Source of the DNA: Alphaproteobacteria bacterium | GTDB taxonomy: Bacteria; Pseudomonadota; Alphaproteobacteria; UBA828 | Assembly (NCBI GenBank): GCA_965220745.1 | Contig: CBDCQT010000003.1 | Coordinates: 160,001 to 224,000 of the forward strand | Reading direction: 5' to 3' | DNA: 64,000 bases | Part shown: positions 1-10,064 of the stretch, piece after piece | Numbering within the stretch: the first letter of the stretch is position 1 | Layout: each line of letters begins with the position of its first letter | The notes under the pieces: generated by a model | Databases searched by the model: none | The model's input: the letters and a program-made list of their open reading frames with translations, nothing else | Told to the model about the DNA's origin: nothing | Position numbers and translations under genes: made by a program

Positions 1-36
1 GAGCGTCCAACCTGCAACGATACAACAGGGAAGCGG

Positions 37-1224
37 ATGAGGTGGGCAAGTGGTTTGCCCTCGGCCCTCCTCATGGCCGTCTGGTTCACACTTCCGGGTG
101 CCGCGGCGGTGCAGGCAGAAGAGCCTGGGGTGACCGACCAGCAGATCCTCTTCGGACAATCGGCGGCTTTCAGCGGTCCCGCGCAGGACCTGGGTAAGAA
201 CCTGCGGCTCGGTATCCAGGCGGCGTTCGAGGAAGCGAACCGGCGCGGCGGCGTGCACGGGCGCAGGCTGGCGCTTCGGTCTCTCGACGACGCGTACGAG
301 CCGGAAGCCGCGATCGTCAATACGCGCCGGTTGGTCGTGGAGGATGGTGTCTTCGCCCTGATCGGCGCGGTCGGTACACCGACCTCTCGCTCCGCCGCCC
401 CTATCGCTGCCGATATGGGCGTTCCCTATCTCGCGCCATTCACCGGTGCCGAGTTTCTGCGCGATGCCAAGTGGCGGAACGTGATCAATCTGCGTGCGTC
501 CTACTACCAGGAGACCGAGGCAATGGTCTCCCGCCTGATCGGAGACTTGGGAATCGACGGGGTCGGGGTGATCTATCAGGACGATTCCTTCGGGCAGGCC
601 GGCTATCGCGGGGTGCGCCGGGCGCTCGAGCGGCGCGAGCTGGAGCCGGTGGTGATCGGGGTCTATCCGCGCAACACGACCGCGGTGAAAACGGCACTGC
701 TCGACGTGCAGCGTTTGGATCCCGAAGCCGTCATCCTGATCGGGGCCTATGAGCCGGTCGCCGCGCTGATCGCCTGGGCGCGGCACATCGGCTTCGATCC
801 GGTCTTTCTGACCATTTCTTTCGTGGGCAGCAACGCTCTGGCAAGAGAGCTTGGCACCGCAGGGACTGGCGTCTTCGTGACCCAGGTGGTGCCCTTTCCT
901 GACAGCGACGAGCCCGCGGTCACTGTTGCGTATCGCCGGGCGCTGGCGGCCAATTCACCAGAAGCCTCACCGGGTTTCGTCTCCTTCGAGGGCTACCTGG
1001 CGGGCCGCCTCGCGATCGAGGGTCTCGAGCGCTGTGGACGTGAGATCGACCGGTCCTGCCTATTGGACAGTTTACGCCGCGCTGAAGTTATCGATCTCGA
1101 TGGCTTCGGGCTTCGCTATGGCGAGGGTGACAATCAGGGGTCGGACGCCGTCTTCGTTACCGTGATCGGTGGGGACGGCCGCTACCATCCCATCGACACA
1201 CTTCGGCTCGCCGTGCAGCCATGA
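37..1224 (+). CDS. Periplasmic ligand-binding protein (type I PBP, LivJ/branched-chain-amino-acid-like)
   Basis: Signal peptide; GVTD..I.FGQSAAFSGP and DDAYEP motifs; stop overlaps the next start (ATGA). Confidence 0.85.
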   Translation: MRWASGLPSALLMAVWFTLPGAAAVQAEEPGVTDQQILFGQSAAFSGPAQDLGKNLRLGIQAAFEEANRRGGVHGRRLALRSLDDAYEPEAAIVNTRRLVVEDGVFALIGAVGTPTSRSAAPIAADMGVPYLAPFTGAEFLRDAKWRNVINLRASYYQETEAMVSRLIGDLGIDGVGVIYQDDSFGQAGYRGVRRALERRELEPVVIGVYPRNTTAVKTALLDVQRLDPEAVILIGAYEPVAALIAWARHIGFDPVFLTISFVGSNALARELGTAGTGVFVTQVVPFPDSDEPAVTVAYRRALAANSPEASPGFVSFEGYLAGRLAIEGLERCGREIDRSCLLDSLRRAEVIDLDGFGLRYGEGDNQGSDAVFVTVIGGDGRYHPIDTLRLAVQP

Positions 1225-3476
1225 CCACGTTGGCAAGACGGCTGCTTGACAGTCGCTTTCGACTCTCGACCCAGCTCTATCTGGGTATCGGGGGCGCCGT
1301 CGCGCTCACCGTCGTCGCCAGTCTGGTCGGCCTGGTTTCCTTCGATCATGTGGGCGACGTCCAGCGCCGCGTCAACGAGGGCAGCGTGCCAGAGATGGTG
1401 ACGGCCTTCGGCGTGGCGCAGCAAAGCGGTGCTCTCGTCGCCGCCGGGCCGAGGCTGACCGCCGCAGCGACGCCAGAAGAACTCGCCCACACCGTCGCGG
1501 ATATCTCACATGACCGGCAAGCCTTCGAAGCCCAGGTGGCTGCGCTGCCGGATCAAGGAGCGGAGGAGCCGCGCTTCGAGCGCATTCGCGCCCAAGGCAA
1601 TGCCGTGCTCGCGAATGTCGGCGCCATCGAGGAGTCGGTGGCTGAAGGCTTTCTGCTCGCCGAGCGCAGCGAGGCGTTGCGCGCCGAAATCGCAGCCCTG
1701 CAAAGGGAGCTTGCCGCCGCATTAATTCCGGCCATCGACGACCAGCTCTTCTACACGATGACGGGCTATCGGGCACTCGGCGAGGCGCCGGCGCCCCGCG
1801 CGGTGCACATGTCGGAGGAGGAGTTCAACCGCTACCGCCACATGGCGGGATTGCAGGCAAATGCCACGATTGCGATCCAGCTTCTGGCGAGCGCGTTCGA
1901 CGTCTCAGACATCGCCCTGCTCGAACCGCTCCGGGAGCGCTTCGAGGCCTCCGCCGGCAAGATCGAGCGCGGCTTGTCGGCCCTGGGCGCCACGCCCCTC
2001 CATGCCAGGATTGCACCCGCCTTGTCCCGTCTCGTCGATCTGGGTCTGGACCAGGATCAAGGCTTCGATTTGCGGGCTCACGAACTTTCTCTCGATGAGC
2101 GTCAGACGGCGTTGCTCGCATCCAACAACAATCTTGCTGTCGAACTCGCCGCCGAGGCAGAGGGGCTGGTCAGCGCGGCGCGTGAGAGCGTCCAAGACGC
2201 GGCTCAGGCGTCCTCGACGGCGATCAGTACCGGCGGCAATCTCCTGCTTGCGATCAGCGTGACCAGTATCGTCGGGGCGGTGCTGATCTCATGGCTGTTT
2301 GTCGGCCGCGTGCTGATGCGGCGTCTCGGGCGGCTCTCGGATCGGATGCGCCGGATGGCCGAGGGCGATATCGAAGCGGAAGTGGTGGTCGACGGACGAG
2401 GCGAGGTCGCGGACATGGCCGCGGCGTTGGAGGTCTTTCGCCGTCACGCGCTCGAAGTCCAACGGCTTAACTTGGTCGAGAAGCTGGCAGAGGAACTCAA
2501 GGGCAAGAACGAGCAGCTCGAGGACGCGCTCGCGAACCTTCAGCGAGCACAAGACCAGATCGTCATGCAGGAGAAGCTTGCGGCGCTTGGTGAGCTCACT
2601 GCCGGCGTGGCGCACGAAATCCGGAACCCGCTGAACTTCGTCAAGAACTTTTCAGACGTAACGGAGCAGCTGCTGGAAGAACTCCTGGAAGAGCTGCAAA
2701 CGGTTCTCCCTGAGCCGGTCGACGGAAAGGAGGACGAGAGCAGTGCGCTGATCCGAGAGATCAGCGCCGACATCACGGAAAACCTCAGATTAATTCGGGA
2801 GCACGGCGAGCGCGCAAATCAGATCGTACAGCACATGCTCAGCATGGGGCGCGATTCGGGCGGCCGGCAACCGACGGACATCAATGCCTTGCTCGACGAG
2901 CATGTGCGGCTTGCCTACCACAGCGCCCGGGCAAGCGATGACAGCTTTCAACTCGACATCGTCCAGGACTTCGATCCGGCAGTAGGGTCGCTCGACGTCG
3001 TCACTCAGGACGTGGGCCGCGTCTTCCTCAATCTGGTCGGCAATGCCTGCCAGGCGACGGCCGAGAGGCGGCGCGCCGAGGAAGCCGCGGACGCAGCGGA
3101 TCCCGGTCCCGATGGTTCAGGGGGGGTCGCTTACGAGCCGACGCTCACCCTGGTCACCCGGCGATCCGAAGAAGGGGTCGAAATCCGGATCAGAGACAAC
3201 GGGAGCGGGATCCCACCCGAAATCATCGACGACATCTTCAACCCCTTCTTCACGACCAAGCCGCCGGACCAGGGCACCGGCCTGGGCCTCGCGCTCTCAA
3301 GCGATATCGTCCGCCAGCACGGCGGCGAAATCAGGGTGGAGTCCGAAGTCGGCGTGTTCACCGAAATGATCGTCACGCTGGCCGCGCAACCGCCTCAGCA
3401 GACCGAGGACGACGCGACCGAGGACGAGGCGGAGTTAGAGGACGAGCACCCCAAGGAGTCGCCCTTGCCATCGTGA
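1221..3476 (+). CDS. Membrane sensor histidine kinase (large helical periplasmic domain, HAMP, HisKA, HATPase)
   Basis: Two TM segments; GVAHEIRNPLNF H-box; NLVGNA N-box; DNGSGIP, FFTTK and GTGLGL boxes. Confidence 0.93.
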   Translation: MTTLARRLLDSRFRLSTQLYLGIGGAVALTVVASLVGLVSFDHVGDVQRRVNEGSVPEMVTAFGVAQQSGALVAAGPRLTAAATPEELAHTVADISHDRQAFEAQVAALPDQGAEEPRFERIRAQGNAVLANVGAIEESVAEGFLLAERSEALRAEIAALQRELAAALIPAIDDQLFYTMTGYRALGEAPAPRAVHMSEEEFNRYRHMAGLQANATIAIQLLASAFDVSDIALLEPLRERFEASAGKIERGLSALGATPLHARIAPALSRLVDLGLDQDQGFDLRAHELSLDERQTALLASNNNLAVELAAEAEGLVSAARESVQDAAQASSTAISTGGNLLLAISVTSIVGAVLISWLFVGRVLMRRLGRLSDRMRRMAEGDIEAEVVVDGRGEVADMAAALEVFRRHALEVQRLNLVEKLAEELKGKNEQLEDALANLQRAQDQIVMQEKLAALGELTAGVAHEIRNPLNFVKNFSDVTEQLLEELLEELQTVLPEPVDGKEDESSALIREISADITENLRLIREHGERANQIVQHMLSMGRDSGGRQPTDINALLDEHVRLAYHSARASDDSFQLDIVQDFDPAVGSLDVVTQDVGRVFLNLVGNACQATAERRRAEEAADAADPGPDGSGGVAYEPTLTLVTRRSEEGVEIRIRDNGSGIPPEIIDDIFNPFFTTKPPDQGTGLGLALSSDIVRQHGGEIRVESEVGVFTEMIVTLAAQPPQQTEDDATEDEAELEDEHPKESPLPS

Positions 3477-3524
3477 AGCGAGGCGGGAAGCCACTCTTCG
3501 GGCATGCCGCATAGGCGAGGAGGG

Positions 3525-4805
3525 ATGGACATACCTCGAATGAGGTCGCCGACGAGGAGAAGCGTCCTTCGGTACGGCCTTGCCGGTTGCCTGTTGGGTC
3601 TTGGTTGGCGTCCATCCGGCGCGGCGGCATCATCGGGTGTAACCGACAGCGAGATCGTGCTGGGCACGTCCGCCGCGTTCTCCGGTCCTTCCCGCGGTCT
3701 CGGCATAGAGCTCTTCCGCGGGGCCAGTGCCTATTTCGAGCACGTCAACCGCGACGGTGGCGTCAGGGGTCGAAGAATCGTTCTCAGGACCTATGACGAC
3801 GGCTATCAGCCCGACCCGTCGGTTCAGAACACGATGACCCTGATGCTGGAAGACGAGGTCTTCGCGCTCTTCGGTTATGTGGGTACGCCGACGGTCACGC
3901 GCATCCTTCCCATGCTCAAGAAGTTTCAGGAGAGACAGGTCTATCTCTTCTTCCCGTTCACCGGTGCGCAGCCGCAGCGGGAGCCGCCATACGGCCCCTT
4001 CGCCTTCAATTTGCGCGCCTCCTACCGGCAAGAGACGGCCGGCCTGGTTCAGAACTTCGTCGGGATCGGCCGCAAGCGCATCGCGGTCTTCTATCAGGCT
4101 GACGCTTACGGCCGCAGTGGTTGGGCGGGCGTGCGCCGTGCCTTGAGACCGTTCGGCGAGCGGATCGTCGGCGAGGCGACCTACAGGCGGGGCTCCAAAT
4201 TCACGGGCATCATGCGCGATCAGGTGGAGATCCTGAAGGCATCGCGCCCGGATGCGGTCATTTGCATCGGGGCCTACGCCGCCTGCGCCGCGTTTCTCCG
4301 CGACGCGGTGGACCTTGGGTTGCGCGTGCCGATCGCCAACGTGTCCTTCGTCGGCAGCGAGAACCTTCTCAATCTCATCACGCAAGGGCGTGACGATGGC
4401 GAGCGCTATACCGAATTGCTGGTCAACTCGCAGGTTGTTCCCAGCTATCACGACGTGGGGATTCCTGCTGTCCAGCAGTACCAGGAATTGATGGCGCGAT
4501 ACGATCCTCAGCCGCCGCAGGAATTGCTGAGAGAGGATTACACGCCCTTCTCGCACAGCTTCGTCAGTCTGGAGGGCTTCCTCAACGCCAAGTTGATGGT
4601 CGAGATCCTGGATCGCCTTGGCGACAAGCCGGATAGAAGTGCGCTGGAGGGGGCCGTCTTCAGCATAAGGGATTTCGATTTGGGAATCGGCGAGCTGGTC
4701 TCGTTCGGGCCGGAGCGCCGCCAGGGTTTGCAGAAGGTCTACTACACCGTTGTGGACGAGGGCCGCTTCGTTCCCCTGGACAGTTGGGAAAACAGGTTCG
4801 GCTGA
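3525..4805 (+). CDS. Second type I periplasmic ligand-binding protein with Tat-like signal
   Basis: TRRSVL twin-arginine-like signal; paralogous to 37-1224 (DDGYQP, NLRASY, SFVGSE); start uncertain. Confidence 0.85.
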   Translation: MDIPRMRSPTRRSVLRYGLAGCLLGLGWRPSGAAASSGVTDSEIVLGTSAAFSGPSRGLGIELFRGASAYFEHVNRDGGVRGRRIVLRTYDDGYQPDPSVQNTMTLMLEDEVFALFGYVGTPTVTRILPMLKKFQERQVYLFFPFTGAQPQREPPYGPFAFNLRASYRQETAGLVQNFVGIGRKRIAVFYQADAYGRSGWAGVRRALRPFGERIVGEATYRRGSKFTGIMRDQVEILKASRPDAVICIGAYAACAAFLRDAVDLGLRVPIANVSFVGSENLLNLITQGRDDGERYTELLVNSQVVPSYHDVGIPAVQQYQELMARYDPQPPQELLREDYTPFSHSFVSLEGFLNAKLMVEILDRLGDKPDRSALEGAVFSIRDFDLGIGELVSFGPERRQGLQKVYYTVVDEGRFVPLDSWENRFG

Positions 4806-4806
4806 C

Positions 4807-5553
4807 ATGAAAATCCAGAAACTCTTCCGAAAGACTCTGTTCGGCGTATTTTTCCTGTTCGGCGTAATCGGCGTATCGACATCGGTTCTCTGCATTTACA
4901 CGGTCGATACGCACCTGTCCGAAGAATATGAATCGAACAGCAAGGATATCGCCAAGACAATCGCCGATGCCAGTGTCGACATCCTGTTGAACAGGAATCT
5001 GACGGCTCTGCAGTCCCTGATCGACCAGTTCGTCGAGATTCAGGGAATCAGCTACATCTACATCACGAGCGAGACAGGGGAGTTTCTGGCGCACACCTTC
5101 GTTCCGGGCATTCCGGAGGAGATCAGGACCGGTGACACGACCAGCATGGTGACGGTGGAACGAAGCCTGCCGGGCATGGGCGATTTCGTCGAAGTCGCGA
5201 GTCCGATCCTGGCGGGCGTTGCCGGCGCGGTCCACATCGGCAGCGACACCGGGCTGATCGCGTTGAAGGTGCAAAGAGCGATCGGCCAGCAGATCTATCT
5301 CATCTCCATCATCTTCGTAGTCGGCATTCTCGCCGCGATCTGGCTCGTCGGCCAAGCAGCCAGACCGGTCGACGGCGTTCTCGCCTTTGCGGTGAAGCTC
5401 GCACAGGAGCGGGAGGCCGACGGCAGAGGAAACGAGAAGCTGCTCGCGCGCAATGACGAGGCAGGAGAGCTTGCGCGCCTCTTCCTCTACTTCTCGCAGG
5501 TGATGGATAGAGACAAGGCGGACGGGCTCTCGCAGCCGGGCGGGAAGGAATAG
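4807..5553 (+). CDS. Membrane protein with periplasmic sensor domain and HAMP-like C-terminus, no output domain
   Basis: Two TM helices; RNDEAGELARLF HAMP-like motif; ATG 1 nt after the upstream stop. Confidence 0.7.
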   Translation: MKIQKLFRKTLFGVFFLFGVIGVSTSVLCIYTVDTHLSEEYESNSKDIAKTIADASVDILLNRNLTALQSLIDQFVEIQGISYIYITSETGEFLAHTFVPGIPEEIRTGDTTSMVTVERSLPGMGDFVEVASPILAGVAGAVHIGSDTGLIALKVQRAIGQQIYLISIIFVVGILAAIWLVGQAARPVDGVLAFAVKLAQEREADGRGNEKLLARNDEAGELARLFLYFSQVMDRDKADGLSQPGGKE

Positions 5554-5560
5554 CCTTCCG

Positions 5561-6880
5561 GTGGCTCATTCTCGTACAGCGGCAATTCTCTATTGCACCG
5601 TCCTGCAGGTTTGCTTCGGGACCGTCTATGCGTGGAGTTTCTTTCAAACGCTTCTCGTGAGGCAGCTCGGCTGGTCGTTCACCGACACGGCGCTCGCCTT
5701 CAGTATCACGATCTTCTCTCTCGGCATGTCTGCTGCGGGCGCGGGCATGATTCTGCCCAAGGTGGGGCCGCGGCGATTGGCGCTTGCCGGCAGTGTGATG
5801 TTCTCGGGCGGGTACATGATTGCCGGCCTCGCCCTGCAGCTCGACAGTCTCGCGCTCTTCTATCTCGGTTACGGCGTGATCGGCGGCGCCGGGATCGGGC
5901 TCGGCTACGTCACGCCCGTCGCCACGGTGGCGAAGTGGTTCCCGGACAAGAAGGGACTGGCGACGGGCATCGTCGTCATGGGCTTTGGGATCGGCGCGGT
6001 GGTTCTCAGTAAGGGACTGGCACCCTTGCTGGTGGTTGAGACGGAAGGCGATCTTCCGCTTCTGTTCATCTGGCTCGGCGTGGTGTTCGCCGCCGTCTTG
6101 ATCCCGTGCAGTCTGGCGCTGCGGGATCCGCCCGCGGAGCTCGCGAGTCGTCTAGATAATGCCACCGCTTCCAGCAGCGTACAGGACGAGCCGGACTCGA
6201 CCGCGCGCTGCCTGTATTCGGGCGAATTCGCCGTCATGTGGCTCGTGTTCTTCTTCAACATCGCCGCCGGCATCGCCGTCATCAGCTTTCAGTCACCGTT
6301 ACTTCAGGACGTGTGGGGACTCGCCGATCCGTCCGTGGAGCCGGAAACCCTCGCGGAATATGGCGCGACGCTGATTGCCGCCAGTTCGCTTTGCAACGGA
6401 TTTGGCCGGCTCTTCTGGGGATTGCTGTCCGATCGAATTGGCCGCATCCGCGTGTTCAGAATCCTGCTGGCCAGCCAGATGATCGTCTTCGGCATCCTGA
6501 TGACCGAGCGCGATCCGTGGATATTCTCGGCTCTCGTCTGCTACATCATGCTCTGTTTCGGCGGCGGCTTCGCAACGATGCCCTCTTTCGTGCTCGACGT
6601 CTTCGGCGCGAAAAAGATGTCTGCGGTCTATGGCGTCATGTTGACGGCTTGGGCGGCGGCCGGCGTCTGCGGCCCCCTCTATATCGGCTATCTCAAGGAC
6701 CAGTATCCCGACCGCGCCATCATCTACTGCTTCCTGATCGGTGTTCTGATCCTGGGTCTCGGGTACGTGTTCTCCTACCTGCTGAGCGACAAACGCATCC
6801 GACTTCAACGTCCGAGCGTGGAAAGCACGCTGCGCGAGCACGGAATTGCGATACCGCGTCGCAGACTGCGACCGTGGTGA
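5561..6880 (+). CDS. MFS transporter, oxalate:formate antiporter (OFA) family
   Basis: About 12 TMs; G.VYAWS and KWFPDKKGLATG motifs. Confidence 0.88.
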   Translation: MAHSRTAAILYCTVLQVCFGTVYAWSFFQTLLVRQLGWSFTDTALAFSITIFSLGMSAAGAGMILPKVGPRRLALAGSVMFSGGYMIAGLALQLDSLALFYLGYGVIGGAGIGLGYVTPVATVAKWFPDKKGLATGIVVMGFGIGAVVLSKGLAPLLVVETEGDLPLLFIWLGVVFAAVLIPCSLALRDPPAELASRLDNATASSSVQDEPDSTARCLYSGEFAVMWLVFFFNIAAGIAVISFQSPLLQDVWGLADPSVEPETLAEYGATLIAASSLCNGFGRLFWGLLSDRIGRIRVFRILLASQMIVFGILMTERDPWIFSALVCYIMLCFGGGFATMPSFVLDVFGAKKMSAVYGVMLTAWAAAGVCGPLYIGYLKDQYPDRAIIYCFLIGVLILGLGYVFSYLLSDKRIRLQRPSVESTLREHGIAIPRRRLRPW

Positions 6881-7035
6881 GAAATGCGGGTTAAGGCGCG
6901 AGGAATGGCGCACAAATGGGGGAACGGCGACACCGGCAGGGCTGACGCGGATCTTGAGTCATGGCGCCGCTCGACGATCACAGATAGGGCGCCGCCACCT
7001 GGATCATCGCAAGGGTGCGGGCGGTGGAGGCAGGC

Positions 7036-9066
7036 TTAGGCGGCGGTTATGGCTGCCGTTGCGGCGTGGAGCCAGTCGAGAGCAGCCGCGTCGTCCGCCA
7101 GTAGTGGTGCGAGGGTCTCGGCCACGCGCGCGTGATAGGTGTCGAGCCAGGCGCGCTCATCCGCCGTCAGCATGGCAGGGTCGATGAGGGCGCGGTCGAT
7201 GGGTGCGAGCGTCAGCGTCTCGAAGCCGAGGAAACTCCCGTTGGGGTCGTCGGCCTCCGTCACCGCCACAAGGTTCTCGATGCGGATGCCATAGGCGCCG
7301 GTCTTGTAGTAGCCGGGCTCGTTGGAGACCACCATGCCGGGTGCGAGCGCCGCGCCCGAGCCCATGCGGGAGATGCGCTGCGGGCCCTCGTGCACGTTGA
7401 GGTAGTGGCCCACGCCGTGCCCGGTGCCGTGGTCGTAGTCGAGGCCCGCCTGCCACAGGAACTGGCGGGCGAGCGTGTCGAGCTGGGCGCCAGTGGTGCC
7501 GCGCGGGAAGCGCGCCGTCGCCAGCGCAATATGGCCGCGCAGCACGCGGGTGAAGCGGTCCCGGTGCTCGGGCTCCGGCCGGCCGATCGCGACCGTGCGG
7601 GTCACGTCCGTGGTGCCGTCCAGGTACTGCCCGCCCGAATCGACGAGATAGAGCGAGCCCGCCTCCAGCGTGCGGTTGCTCTCTGCCGTCACCCGGTAGT
7701 GGACGATGGCGCCGTTGGGGCCCGCGCCCGAGATCGTGTCGAAGCTCGGCCCCCGGTAGTGCTGGCCGCAGGCGCGCATCGCCGCCAGGCGCGCGACCGC
7801 GTCGAGTTCGGTGATCGAGCCAGGTGGCGCGGCCGCGAGCCAGGCCAGGAAGCGGGTCAAGGCCGCGCCATCTCGGCGATGGGCCGCACGGATGCCGTCG
7901 AGCTCCACGGCGTTCTTGCAGGCCTTGGGCAGCGCGCAGGGATCGGCGCCGCGAATCACCTCGGCACCGCCCTCCGTCAGCCGATCGACCATCCAGACCG
8001 GCGTCGCCGCCTCGTCGACCAGCACCGACTTGCCGGCGCTGGCAAGCGCGTCGAACACGTTCGCCATGGTCTCCGGCGCCTGCACGTGCACGGCATTGCC
8101 GAGATGTGCCGGAGCCTCGGGGAGGAGCTTGCGGCTGTCCACGAACCAGTCCACTTCGGCGTCCCGGTGAACGACCGCGAAGGAGTGGGGGAGGGGGCTG
8201 TTGGCGACGTCGGCGCCGCGCACGTTGAGCAGCCAGGCGATGGAATCGGGTGCGCTCAGCACCGCGGCGGCCGCGCCCTTCTCCGCAAGCCGGGCAGCAA
8301 CGATCTCCCGCTTCTCGCCCGCCTCGGCGCCCGCGAAGCGCGCCGGATGGGGGGCGATGGGGCCGAGCGGGGCCGGCGGCTGGTCCGCCCACAGCGCGTC
8401 GATGGGATTGTCCTCGCACGGGACCAGGCGGGCACCGACAGCGCGGCAGGGCGCAGCGAGCCGATCTCTTTGGCTCGCGCCGTGAAGCCGGGGGTCATAG
8501 CCGAGCGCGGCGCCTCCCGCGAGATGCTCCCTGAGCCACGCGCCGGGCGGTTCGTCAGTGATATGACGGTGCTCGTAGAGGCTGCCGTCCACCTGCGCCG
8601 CCGCCTGCAGGGTGTAGCGGCCGTCGACGAAGAGCGCGGCCCGCTCGGCCAGCACGATCGCCAGGCCGGCAGAGCCCGTGAAGCCGGTGAGCCATGCCAG
8701 CCGCTGCGAGCGGCGCGCCACGTACTCGCCCTGGTGCTCGTCGCTGAGTGGCACCACGAAGCCATCGAGGCCGTGCTTGGCAAGCTCGGCCCTGAGCGCC
8801 GTAAGCCGGGACTCCTGCTGCGGGGTGTCGATCCCGTCCGGCGTTTCGGCATAGGTCTGTCGCAGAGCCTCGAGGCGCTCGGCTCCGACGGTCCCGGCGT
8901 CGGCCTCCGGGTGGATCAGGCGAAGCCAGTCCCGGTCCTGCACCGCCGCCGCGGCGACTCCTCGCACCAGCGCTTCGACCTCATGGATTGGCGTGTCGAT
9001 ACCGGCCTCGGCGAGCGCCTGCGCCAGTGCGCTTCGCCGGTCGGTTGTCGCGTTGTCCTCTGGCAT
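7036..9066 (-). CDS. Xaa-Pro aminopeptidase (aminopeptidase P, M24B)
   Basis: GFTGSAG, DSGGQYLDGTTDVTRT, HGTGHGVG..L.VHEGP, SNEPGYY, GIRIEN motifs. Confidence 0.95.
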   Translation of the reverse strand: MPEDNATTDRRSALAQALAEAGIDTPIHEVEALVRGVAAAAVQDRDWLRLIHPEADAGTVGAERLEALRQTYAETPDGIDTPQQESRLTALRAELAKHGLDGFVVPLSDEHQGEYVARRSQRLAWLTGFTGSAGLAIVLAERAALFVDGRYTLQAAAQVDGSLYEHRHITDEPPGAWLREHLAGGAALGYDPRLHGASQRDRLAAPCRAVGARLVPCEDNPIDALWADQPPAPLGPIAPHPARFAGAEAGEKREIVAARLAEKGAAAAVLSAPDSIAWLLNVRGADVANSPLPHSFAVVHRDAEVDWFVDSRKLLPEAPAHLGNAVHVQAPETMANVFDALASAGKSVLVDEAATPVWMVDRLTEGGAEVIRGADPCALPKACKNAVELDGIRAAHRRDGAALTRFLAWLAAAPPGSITELDAVARLAAMRACGQHYRGPSFDTISGAGPNGAIVHYRVTAESNRTLEAGSLYLVDSGGQYLDGTTDVTRTVAIGRPEPEHRDRFTRVLRGHIALATARFPRGTTGAQLDTLARQFLWQAGLDYDHGTGHGVGHYLNVHEGPQRISRMGSGAALAPGMVVSNEPGYYKTGAYGIRIENLVAVTEADDPNGSFLGFETLTLAPIDRALIDPAMLTADERAWLDTYHARVAETLAPLLADDAAALDWLHAATAAITAA

Positions 9067-9090
9067 GGGGCGTTTCTGCCAGCGCGCCGC

Positions 9091-9996
9091 TCACCGCGTC
9101 AATATCAGCGTGACCCAGGCGTCGAGCCGTATGCGCCGCCGGAGCCGGAACCGCGCCGCACGGAAGGCCGCGAGTACCAGCCGCTCTTCGGCGGCGAGAA
9201 GGCCGGAGAGCACCGCAGTGCCGCCCGGCCGCAGGTGCTGGGCGAAGGCCGGCGCCATCGCCGCGATGGGCTTTGCCCTGATGTTGGCGACGATCAGGTC
9301 CGCCCGGCCAAGCCGGCACATGGGGTCCGAGCGGAAGCCCTCTCCCCGCGCCACCGTCACCCGGCGAGAGAGCCCGTTTTGCCGCACCGTTTCCCGCGCC
9401 GTGACCACCGCCACAGGATCGCCATCGAGGGCGAGCACCCGTGCCGGCCAGAGCCGCGCCGCCGCCACCGCGAGGATGCCGGAGCCCGTGCCGATATCGA
9501 ACGCTCGGGTCACGTGTCGGCGTCTGGCCAGCCAGTCGAGCGCGAGCAGGCAGCCTTGGGTCGATTCGTGGCGGCCGGAGCCGAAAGCGGGGCCGGCATC
9601 GACGCAGATGACGAAGCGTCGGCGGGGCGGGGCCTGGCGCGCACCAATGATCGTCAAGCGCCCGACCGAGACAGGCGGAAAGGAGGCGAGGGACTGCGCT
9701 TCCCAATCGGCGGGGCCCACCGGCTCGACCGACATTTCGTCGGGCTCGCCGCCCGTCGCGCTCAGCAGCGTGCACAACCGATTTGGCCTTGGGTCATATC
9801 CTGTCGTGGCGGCGCCGAACAGGGCCACGCGGAGAAGGTCCGCCGGGGCTTCCTCGATTGGGTGTGTTGCCTTGATCGTCTCGGCCACCACGGCATCCGC
9901 ATTCTCTTCGAGCGCCGCCTCCAAGGCCACGAAATCAGCCCGACTGAGCGTCACCTGGAGCCGCCAGCCTTGGGCCTCGGGGCGGTTTCCGCTCAC
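9091..9996 (-). CDS. prmA: Ribosomal protein L11 methyltransferase
   Basis: AFGSGRHEST, DIGTGSGILA, ANI and LSGLL motifs; start uncertain. Confidence 0.8.
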   Translation of the reverse strand: MSGNRPEAQGWRLQVTLSRADFVALEAALEENADAVVAETIKATHPIEEAPADLLRVALFGAATTGYDPRPNRLCTLLSATGGEPDEMSVEPVGPADWEAQSLASFPPVSVGRLTIIGARQAPPRRRFVICVDAGPAFGSGRHESTQGCLLALDWLARRRHVTRAFDIGTGSGILAVAAARLWPARVLALDGDPVAVVTARETVRQNGLSRRVTVARGEGFRSDPMCRLGRADLIVANIRAKPIAAMAPAFAQHLRPGGTAVLSGLLAAEERLVLAAFRAARFRLRRRIRLDAWVTLILTR

Positions 9997-10064
9997 GGCC
10001 GTCCCCGGCGCGGGCGGATTCCGGCTAAGATGGGGTCCCCGCAACGTATGGTTGGAGGCCCGCG

